DNA of 43,559 nucleotides, from IMG/VR virus record IMGVR_UViG_3300036778_000065, positions 1 through 43,559 of that record. One strand, written 5' to 3'. The number at the start of each line of letters is the position of its first letter. The stretch's first letter is position 1. The position numbers and the translations under genes are program-made. The notes beneath the pieces are model-generated. The model was not told the DNA's origin, made no database searches, and was given only the letters and a program-made list of their open reading frames with translations. Source of the DNA: a virus. Taxonomy: Duplodnaviria > Caudoviricetes. Positions 37,121-43,559 of the stretch are shown piece after piece.

Positions 37121-37335
37121 TGGAGACCGCCGACATAGCCGCCGCCGCGCTCCAGCCGGATCACAAAGGGAAGTGTCTGTGCAGGAAACACACGAAGGAC
37201 GGCAAGCCGCAGAAAGCTTGCCCGAAGTGTCACGGATCAGGAGTAGTCACAGCTTGCAGTCTGTGTGAGGGATCAGGATGGAACAGCAAATTGCAGAACA
37301 AGTGCGAACGATGCGGAGGGTTGGGTTTCCTATAG
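37120..37335 (+). CDS. DnaJ-type CxxCxGxG zinc-finger protein
   Basis: CPKCHGSG, CSLCEGSG, CERCGGLG. Confidence 0.7.
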   Translation: METADIAAAALQPDHKGKCLCRKHTKDGKPQKACPKCHGSGVVTACSLCEGSGWNSKLQNKCERCGGLGFL

Positions 37336-37655
37336 GCGGATGGTTCCGCATGGCGATAATCTTCGCGCTGTCAGGAATGGTTTGCGGTCTTGCCGTGGCA
37401 GGGTTGCTCTATCGCCGCCTGACAGCACCGTTAGCCGGGAATCTTATAAGTTGGGGCATAGCCGCGCTCTGCTTTATCCAACTCGTGATGCTGTGCCGGT
37501 TGCACGTTACATTCCGCCGCGAGATGAAGCAAATGAGAGCCGACTTTGATGCCTACCTCGACAGGACGCGGGACGCGCTTCTAGCCGAGTGCCCAGAAGA
37601 CCGCGAGAAGATCAACCTATGGATAGGCGAACAGAGGAGGACGTTTCCGCAATGA
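37278..37655 (+). CDS. Two-TM membrane protein
   Basis: Two hydrophobic helices followed by a charged tail. Confidence 0.6.
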   Translation: MEQQIAEQVRTMRRVGFPIGGWFRMAIIFALSGMVCGLAVAGLLYRRLTAPLAGNLISWGIAALCFIQLVMLCRLHVTFRREMKQMRADFDAYLDRTRDALLAECPEDREKINLWIGEQRRTFPQ

Positions 37656-38320
37656 ATACCCAAGACGCAGCGATCGAGCCGCCGCACTTTATGAAAAATC
37701 TTGCGATCGACAAAAAACGAGGGTTCATCGTTCCGTGGTTTGTGGACTGGATTAACGGTGAGCCGGAGTTTCGAGCGATGGATATGCAGAAGTTCAGGAA
37801 GGCCATCAACAAGCGTCTGTGTTGGGTGTGTGGCAATCCCCTCTACAGCGAGAACGTGTTCGTCATAGGCCCAATGTGCGCCGTCAATCGTATCTCCAGC
37901 GAACCCCCGAACCATCGCGAGTGCGCCGTCTACAGCGCGAAGGTATGCCCGTTTCTGTCACGCCCCCACATGGTTCGCCGGACGGATGGCACGTTTGAAG
38001 AGGCAAAGAAGCCAGCAGCCGGAGTCATGGTTTCGCGGAACCCAGGCGTCACTCTGCTGTGGTACACCCGCCGCTACACCCTGCTGAACATCAAAGGCCG
38101 CGCCGGAGCCGGAGACGGTGTTTTGTTCCAGCTTGGCCGCGCCTTCAAACTGGAGTGGTACTGCAAAGGCCGGACGGCGACCCGCGAGGAGATCATGGAG
38201 TCAATCGAGAGCGGACTCCCGATCATCCGCGAAGCCGCCGCCAAGAACGACGGGCCGAACGGGATGGCGCATCTGGAGGTTCAGATCACCCAGGCGATGC
38301 GTCTGGTGCCGGGAGCCTGA
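37652..38320 (+). CDS. Cys-rich phage hypothetical protein
   Basis: GAGGAGG RBS; RLCWVCG..GPMC..EPPNHRECA..VCPFL. Confidence 0.7.
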   Translation: MNTQDAAIEPPHFMKNLAIDKKRGFIVPWFVDWINGEPEFRAMDMQKFRKAINKRLCWVCGNPLYSENVFVIGPMCAVNRISSEPPNHRECAVYSAKVCPFLSRPHMVRRTDGTFEEAKKPAAGVMVSRNPGVTLLWYTRRYTLLNIKGRAGAGDGVLFQLGRAFKLEWYCKGRTATREEIMESIESGLPIIREAAAKNDGPNGMAHLEVQITQAMRLVPGA

Positions 38321-38323
38321 GCC

Positions 38324-38542
38324 GTGGCTTACGAACTGGAGATGTTCGTCATCTACGAGCGCCCCACCGACTACCCGGATAAGTTCGTGATGCGACGTTT
38401 CGCCGGGAGGCCCATGCAGGGAACCGACTACTTCCGCACCGCCGATTCACTGGAAGAGATTCGCCGCCATGTGCCGCCCCACTGCGCCCGGTTTATGCGC
38501 GATCCGAACGACGAACCGCAGATCGTGGAGTCGTGGATTTAG
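38324..38542 (+). CDS. Hypothetical protein
   Basis: GGGAG RBS; IYERPTDYPDKFV...DEPQIVESWI. Confidence 0.7.
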   Translation: MAYELEMFVIYERPTDYPDKFVMRRFAGRPMQGTDYFRTADSLEEIRRHVPPHCARFMRDPNDEPQIVESWI

Positions 38543-38626
38543 GTTAGAATCGAAAGAGCGCAGCCAGCTTTCTAAGTTGCCAGAGTGACCGCACCGAGCC
38601 TTCCCTAGACGTTGCCACTGGCAACT

Positions 38627-38660
38627 AAAAAGAGAAAAGCCCGATGCGAGAACATCGGGC
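38627..38660 (-). terminator. Rho-independent terminator on the minus strand
   Basis: GCCCGATG-TTCTCG-CATCGGGC followed by TTTTCTCTTTTT. Confidence 0.75.
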
Positions 38661-38685
38661 CAATCTCAGAAAGGTGGTACGAAAC

Positions 38686-38769
38686 ATGATTGAGCTAAGA
38701 CTCAAGATGGATCGTAACACACTGGCAGCGTTCCTGCTAGTGATAACCCTTCTGATGAAGAAGTGCTAG
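38686..38769 (+). CDS. 27-aa hydrophobic peptide, type I toxin-like (not in ORF track)
   Basis: AGAAAGGTGG RBS; MIELRLKMDRNTLAAFLLVITLLMKKC. Confidence 0.6.
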   Translation: MIELRLKMDRNTLAAFLLVITLLMKKC

Positions 38770-38780
38770 AGCAAGCAGGG

Positions 38781-38826
38781 AAGTGAAAGCGGCCAGCCCC
38801 GGAAACGAGGTTGGCCGCTTCGCTTT
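38781..38826 (+). terminator. Long 3' stem-loop after the small peptide gene
   Basis: AAGCGGCCAGCC...GGTTGGCCGCTT stem. Confidence 0.55.
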
Positions 38827-38934
38827 GGAGCCGATGCGCCGACTACAGCCGCCCAAACGCAGCAAGAGGTTGGGGAGTGTCCCCAACCTCAAGAATCGCC
38901 GGATTAGAACCCGATCAGACCAGCATTCGCCGGA

Positions 38935-39243
38935 CTATGTGCGCCGAGCATCCGGCGCGTACTCGTTAAGCGCATGAGCGACGCGCTTTGCCATTGACTT
39001 TGAGCGACAGATGCAAACCCCGTCCCCGCCCCGCACTACGTTGAAATCGACCGCGACGAACAGCGGGAGCCGACGCGGACGCGGAGGGAGAAAACCCCCC
39101 GCGTCCATTGCCTCAGCGATGCTCACGCCGGAGGCTATCAACTCGGTACGGCTGAAGACGTGGAACGCCCCGCCATACTCGACTATGGCTGGAGCGAACA
39201 CGTCCGCATCGCGCAAGATATCCATTGCGTGTCTGTAATCCAC
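38935..39243 (-). CDS. Hypothetical early protein
   Basis: 102 aa, 3 bp after the preceding stop. Confidence 0.6.
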   Translation of the reverse strand: MDYRHAMDILRDADVFAPAIVEYGGAFHVFSRTELIASGVSIAEAMDAGGFLPPRPRRLPLFVAVDFNVVRGGDGVCICRSKSMAKRVAHALNEYAPDARRT

Positions 39244-39246
39244 CCG

Positions 39247-39675
39247 TCACACCCCCCACGGAGCTTCATCGTACCCAGGCAGGGAGTCGATAAGGCGATC
39301 CTTCAAATGTTCACAGAACCGTTTCGCTTGCGACGTGTCCCACCCGTCATGGTCAGAGCTTTGGTACTCAAAGCACTTAAGCAGTTTGAGAGCCGAGACG
39401 ACGGGCCAGTATTGCCCCGCGACAGAGCCGGAGTAGACGAACGGAGCATCGTATACGATTCCCTCCGAGGGATAGCGGGCCGCGACACTGAGATGTTTTT
39501 CGCGCCAGAGCATATCCCCCAGACAATTAGCTTGCGACAGGTGAGCGAGACGCCCAGGATTACCGAAGGACAGGGAGTGCCAAGCCCCGTCTATCGTTTT
39601 AGCCTCAGCGACGCCGACGAGAGCGATTGAGACGAGAGCGTGGATGTGTTCTTCAGAGACGATGAAAGACGACAT
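39247..39675 (-). CDS. Conserved-looking early phage protein
   Basis: MSSFIVSEEHI...SVAARYP...LKCFEYQSSD...LPGYDEAPWGV; repeat leader upstream. Confidence 0.75.
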   Translation of the reverse strand: MSSFIVSEEHIHALVSIALVGVAEAKTIDGAWHSLSFGNPGRLAHLSQANCLGDMLWREKHLSVAARYPSEGIVYDAPFVYSGSVAGQYWPVVSALKLLKCFEYQSSDHDGWDTSQAKRFCEHLKDRLIDSLPGYDEAPWGV

Positions 39676-39738
39676 TTGAGAAACCCTTTCGGACGGGATA
39701 ACGCGCCCGTCCTTCGCGCTTGAGGGCCGAGGCCCGTT

Positions 39739-39996
39739 TTAGTTGCCCGACAGACACAGCTTGCTTGAGAGCCGCCGCTCACCTTCGATGGTGGGAGCTT
39801 CGGGACTCACAGCTTCGGGCCATGCCGCCTTCACTTCATCAAGGGAGCGATAACAGTTATCGACAATGTTCGCGCCTCTGCCAGAGACACAGACGACCGC
39901 GAACAGTTGCTTTACAGCTTCCCCCTCAGATTCGAGGAAGATGCTTGTGTCTTCACCGTCCACCGCATCCAGCGCAATGATGTACAAGTTGCCCAC
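39739..39996 (-). CDS. Hypothetical early protein
   Basis: TAGTG coupling to 39996..40364. Confidence 0.6.
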   Translation of the reverse strand: MGNLYIIALDAVDGEDTSIFLESEGEAVKQLFAVVCVSGRGANIVDNCYRSLDEVKAAWPEAVSPEAPTIEGERRLSSKLCLSGN

Positions 39997-40364
39997 TAGC
40001 AGACCTCAATTCTGCCAAGGCGGAGAGCCTCAGACGTGTATCCCGACAGTGGCTTTTTAGCGTTGAAGTGAATATCCCGTTCGATGTACAGACCATACGG
40101 GAGCGTGATCGACTCCAGTTCTGCGAACGAAACCCAACCAAGTTCGGGATATCCCATCCCCAGATCACACAGCCCGAAAGCCCTGTCAGGTTCATCCGCA
40201 TCAATCTCTGTCAGGAGCCACGTTGCAGCCCCGCAAGGGTTGAAGAGTTTGAGGACAGGCGCAGGATCATGCGGAGAGTCCGCCGCCCGCGCCTCCATCC
40301 CGCGCTGATAGTTCTCCAGCATCTCGCGACGTTGCGAGTCTAGGAGCATCCGTTGTCTAGCCAT
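39996..40364 (-). CDS. DUF2958-family protein
   Basis: PVLKLFNPCGAATWLLTE...AFGLCDLGMGYPELGWVSFAEL...IERDIHF. Confidence 0.85.
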   Translation of the reverse strand: MARQRMLLDSQRREMLENYQRGMEARAADSPHDPAPVLKLFNPCGAATWLLTEIDADEPDRAFGLCDLGMGYPELGWVSFAELESITLPYGLYIERDIHFNAKKPLSGYTSEALRLGRIEVC

Positions 40365-40478
40365 TTTTTGAAATCCTTTCGGTTGAGGGCCGAGGCCCGT
40401 TGACGTTTAGCGCGTGGAGGCTTTGGACTCCACTAGCCGCATTAACGCGAGAGGCCGAAGCCCCCGCGCCCATCTGCG

Positions 40479-40787
40479 TTAAGCGTATATCGGTACGTCC
40501 TGCGAATGGTCATTGATCCATTGCCAGTACCGATCATAAGGGAGAGCGCAGGACAAATAGCGATCAGTTGCAATCCACCCCTCCGCCTCTAAGTTGTGAT
40601 CGACAGCCACAGACTGCAAGCGCAAAGCCTCACGCTTGTAATAGAGCCGAAGGTTAGCGACAATTCCAGCCCGCCCCAACTCTCGCGCATGAGCTTTAGC
40701 AGCTTCCGCCGCCACAGAGACAATACTTTCGTGAGTCATCATTTCCCTCGCTAATTCTTCATCGGAGATGCAAAACAGTTGGTTCAT
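40479..40787 (-). CDS. Hypothetical early protein
   Basis: GAAAGGA RBS within repeat leader. Confidence 0.7.
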   Translation of the reverse strand: MNQLFCISDEELAREMMTHESIVSVAAEAAKAHARELGRAGIVANLRLYYKREALRLQSVAVDHNLEAEGWIATDRYLSCALPYDRYWQWINDHSQDVPIYA

Positions 40788-40822
40788 AGTCCATTCCTTT
40801 CGGTTGAGGGCCGAGGCCCGTT

Positions 40823-41122
40823 TTAGGATGCCGCCCGCGTTAGCGGGAGGGAGTAGTCAAAGGGAGAGACCGGAATCGAACGCACATACGGACGCTCACC
40901 GCGCCATCGCAGATAACTAGCGTAACGATCTAAGAGATACATTTCGAGTTTGAATACTTGCTCAGGGGAGGCAGATGAAGTCATGACTTCAGAGCCGACA
41001 ATGCGGACGCGCTTGCCATCCACACAATAAACCGCATCCGCACCCCCGCCCAGGCCGCCGCAAACGATGAAGTTTACGCCGCGACAGGGGCAAGAATCGT
41101 AACCACAACCGTCATTACGCAT
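40823..41122 (-). CDS. Hypothetical early protein
   Basis: GAAAGGA RBS within repeat leader. Confidence 0.65.
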   Translation of the reverse strand: MRNDGCGYDSCPCRGVNFIVCGGLGGGADAVYCVDGKRVRIVGSEVMTSSASPEQVFKLEMYLLDRYASYLRWRGERPYVRSIPVSPFDYSLPLTRAAS

Positions 41123-41236
41123 TGAAAAATTCCTTTCAGTTGAGGGCCGAGGCCCGTTGACGTTTAGCGCGTGGAGGCTTTGGACTCCACTAGCCGCATT
41201 AACGCGGGAGGCTACACCCTCCCGCGCCCATCTGCG

Positions 41237-42124
41237 TTAAGCCGCCTTGACGCCTTTCAACTCCGCCATCCGCTCCGCCAACTGCCAGAGCGCACGATTC
41301 AGCCGCACGTCTTGGTCTATACCGCGAACCTCACGCGTAGTCTCACGCCGAGCCGGACGCCCATCGGCAGCTTGCCGCCATGCGGACAGCCCGCCTTTGA
41401 TGGAGTTTTCCTGTACCACGTTTAGAGTCCTGTACAGGTCAGGAGCGGGCCGAGACCAGCCGTGAGAAGCTTCGCCCGCGCCCGCCCTGTCATCCGAGCG
41501 ACGCGGAGTCAGGAGAGCCGTGGGAGTGATAGCGGTAGACACTACGCCGTCACTGTCAGCAAAGCGGAGCGAATGCGCGGCCTCAGCGAATGCGACTTGC
41601 TCACCCGCTGTCAGTTGGAGAGACGACCAGTTGTCAATCGTACCGAGAGCCGCCCGCGAGTCATCAATAATCTGGAATGACCCGTCAATCACCTGATGCA
41701 CCACGTTTCCTTTGTGCGGGATGGTAATTTCACCCATGTTCCGCTCACAAACCACCATCCCGTTAGTGCAGATCATTCGGAAAATACCCGCGAAAAGCTT
41801 ATAGGATGATGTGCCATCGTGGGAGTTAACTAGGACAACTTCGGGAACGTTCTCGCCTACTCCGACGGCGGACGCGGTAGCATGACGAAACCTAATCATG
41901 TGCTTGGTAAATTCGGACTTGCCTTCGATACGTGAGCGAGACTGGACAGCTTTGAACGGTGAAAAGCCTTCTGCGACTAGGCCCGCGATTACTTCGGACG
42001 TAGGAATGTAGGCGTACCGAGCGGAGCGGGAGGAATGAGCCTCCGTAGCAAAGGCAGACGGTACAACGCGTTGTAAATCGGCAATGGTGAGGGCATTTGA
42101 GAAGGTGCGGTTAAAGCGAGTCAT
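41237..42124 (-). CDS. DUF932 (DUF945-like) family protein
   Basis: RSARYAYIPT, FTKHMIRFR, EVVLVNSHDGTSSY..FAGIFRMICTNGMV, LNVVQEN..KGG, LNRALWQLAE; GGAG RBS before ATG 42124. Confidence 0.85.
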   Translation of the reverse strand: MTRFNRTFSNALTIADLQRVVPSAFATEAHSSRSARYAYIPTSEVIAGLVAEGFSPFKAVQSRSRIEGKSEFTKHMIRFRHATASAVGVGENVPEVVLVNSHDGTSSYKLFAGIFRMICTNGMVVCERNMGEITIPHKGNVVHQVIDGSFQIIDDSRAALGTIDNWSSLQLTAGEQVAFAEAAHSLRFADSDGVVSTAITPTALLTPRRSDDRAGAGEASHGWSRPAPDLYRTLNVVQENSIKGGLSAWRQAADGRPARRETTREVRGIDQDVRLNRALWQLAERMAELKGVKAA

Positions 42125-42192
42125 GCGAATATTCTCCAAGTTCGTGAAGTTGCGGGCCTAAGCCCGTTTGACGTCATAATGACGCTATAAAC

Positions 42193-42221
42193 AATATAGC
42201 GAAAGGCGAGAGCGAATGCAA
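42193..42221 (-). promoter_or_regulatory. Sigma70-type early promoter
   Basis: TTGCAT-17 bp-TATATT. Confidence 0.65.
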
Positions 42222-42242
42222 GCGAATACAGAAAAAAGATGC

Positions 42243-42884
42243 TCAAATGAGCATCTCTAATTCCATCAAGGCAGTACGGATATTGTTGTTAGCTTCTTTG
42301 ACGATGCGGGCGAAGTTTGGCGCGGGCTTATCGGGTGAAGCTTCGTGACTCCAGACGTTCGACAGCAATTCAGTTGCATCCTTCGCGACTCCCCAACTGG
42401 AAAAGTCCAACTGGAAACACCGCGAGCGGAACCGAGTTTTAAGGCTCTCCGTTTCGTTACAGGTGAAGACGAAAATCGTATCAGCGGGCCGAGCCGTTTC
42501 GTCTAGCAGCGACAGAAAAGCGTCCTGAGCCGCTCCGCTCATGCTGTCAGCTTCATCCACTAAAACCACGTGGAAACGCTTGCCAGTCATCGGAACATAC
42601 GCGCAACGTTTGCGGACAGCTTCGACAGCTTCGACGGTACATTTTTGAGAGGGGATATGGTGCAATTCACCGTCTAAATCCGTTGCGAGAGCGAGAGCGA
42701 GAGTAGTTTTCCCCATGCCTGAAGGCCCGCAAAATAGCCAAGCGGATGAACGCGGGCGAGAGATAAGAGCGAGCATCCTCGCCTTTACTTTGTCGAGTCC
42801 GATGAAGTCCGCAACATGCAGCGGGCGATACTTTGACGTAAAGATGACGTCTTGGGTTGATTGAGAGAGCGGAGAGAATAGCAT
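42243..42884 (-). CDS. Clamp-loader-like AAA+ ATPase (DnaX/RFC-type, no collar domain)
   Basis: SKYRP..DFIG, GPSGMGKTT, VLVDEAD, FVFTCN, RSRC motif; 213 aa. Confidence 0.8.
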   Translation of the reverse strand: MLFSPLSQSTQDVIFTSKYRPLHVADFIGLDKVKARMLALISRPRSSAWLFCGPSGMGKTTLALALATDLDGELHHIPSQKCTVEAVEAVRKRCAYVPMTGKRFHVVLVDEADSMSGAAQDAFLSLLDETARPADTIFVFTCNETESLKTRFRSRCFQLDFSSWGVAKDATELLSNVWSHEASPDKPAPNFARIVKEANNNIRTALMELEMLI

Positions 42885-42951
42885 GATTGATTCCTTTCGG
42901 TTGAGGGCCAAAGCCCGCTAGAAGTTGCGCCAAAGGCCCGCGAGAGCGGGC

Positions 42952-43164
42952 TTACAGTGGAGTAATTATGGTTTGAGTGGACTGGAGTGAAACCTTAAAC
43001 TCAGGGGAAGGAAAACGGGCCTTCATATCTGCGAATAGTTCGCGGGCCTGAGATTCGACAATAAAGGGATTCGGAGATGTAGCGAAGTAGTGAACGTATC
43101 TCGGTTCCGTTCGATTCCAGTTGAGTCCATCTGCCTTCGCAACGTTGATTGAGTAGCCTTGCAT
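42952..43164 (-). CDS. Hypothetical protein, first gene of the early operon
   Basis: GAAAGGA RBS within repeat leader; YSINVAK...HYFAT...FPSPEFKV. Confidence 0.7.
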   Translation of the reverse strand: MQGYSINVAKADGLNWNRTEPRYVHYFATSPNPFIVESQARELFADMKARFPSPEFKVSLQSTQTIITPL

Positions 43165-43256
43165 GGGTTCGATTCCTTTCGGTTGAGGGCCAAAGCCCGT
43201 TAGAAGTTAGGCGCGAGAGCCGCGCCAAAGGCCCGCGAGAGCGGAGCGTTAGATCG

Positions 43257-43286
43257 AAGATATGCGGAGAGCGGGCCGAATGTCAA
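43257..43286 (-). promoter_or_regulatory. Sigma70-type early promoter
   Basis: TTGACA-18 bp-TATCTT. Confidence 0.65.
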
Positions 43287-43559
43287 GCGCAAACGTGGGG
43301 ACGCTCCCCACGAACAAATAAAACAACGGGCGAATGAGCCGCGAGAGCGGAGCGAATGAGCCGCGAGAAACTGTCCAAGCAAAGGCCCGCGAGAGACGCG
43401 CCAAAGGCCCGCGAGAGAGCCGCGAGAACCCCCCCAAAAGCCGAGCCAGCCAAGCCGAGCCAGCCAAAATAAATGCACAGGGTCTCCAATAAATAAATAG
43501 GGCAGGGGGCGGGGAATCCCTTGCAGATGGGCCAGCAAAAATGTTAGGCTGAACTGTTG

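Larger units (their letters stand above)
40374..41242 (-). repeat. ~111-bp duplicated structured intergenic element
   Basis: 40374-40484 and 41131-41242 are nearly identical; differences cluster in one hairpin. Confidence 0.9.
39684..43201 (-). repeat. Dispersed intergenic repeat AACGGGC-N4-GCCCTCAACCGAAAGGA, 7 copies, each leading an early gene
   Basis: Copies at 39720-39738 (RBS part at 39684), 40374-40401, 40795-40822, 41131-41158, 42150-42168 (variant), 42892-42917, 43174-43201. Confidence 0.9.
42939..43465. repeat. Cluster of short direct repeats (CGCGAGA core x8; GCGAATGAGCCGCGAGA x2; AAGCCGAGCCAGCC x2)
   Basis: Cores at 42939, 43212, 43234, 43340, 43362, 43388, 43410, 43421; tandem 14-mers at 43438 and 43452. 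Confidence 0.85.

Noticed and set aside
39684-43201. CRISPR array interpretation of the ~28-bp hairpin repeats
   Set aside because: Spacing is irregular (about 280-1000 bp), the intervals are whole ORFs, the repeat contains the RBS, and no cas genes are present
43200-43538. ORFs over the terminal repeat cluster
   Set aside because: Low-complexity translations of the repeats, no RBS, and they overlap a promoter
1-43559. Terminal direct repeat or att sites at the window ends
   Set aside because: First and last bases show no shared sequence by eye, and no integrase was found; genome completeness is unproven

Overview
The window looks like a complete or nearly complete ~43.5 kb tailed-phage genome with a podovirus-like layout. 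The host cannot be determined from the sequence. Left arm (1-7037): small leftward genes including an HTH replication-initiator-like protein, DUF3846 and DUF1778, then rightward rusA and hypothetical genes. Virion module (7038-30799, + strand): terminase large subunit, portal, scaffold, major capsid protein, two paralogous adaptors, tail nozzle, three ejection-type proteins, a lipoprotein, a SleB-like hydrolase and a tail fibre. Middle operon (31341-38542): RHH regulator, SMC/Rad50-like ATPase and zinc-finger proteins. Right arm (38935-43286): a leftward early operon. I saw no integrase, CI-type repressor, DNA polymerase, tRNA or CRISPR array. Most notable observations: (1) the early operon is built from cassettes in which 7 of 9 genes carry the same hairpin-plus-RBS leader, next to helically phased CGCGAGA repeats; (2) GCCRCC appears only in one orientation genome-wide (scan by eye); (3) the terminase nuclease domain seems to lack its catalytic aspartates; (4) an HNH cassette has replaced the 3' end of the SMC-like gene, left the old end downstream, and is split at a CCC-TGA +1 frameshift-type site; (5) an unannotated type I toxin-antitoxin-like locus. 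All protein assignments come from motif recognition by eye, not database searches.
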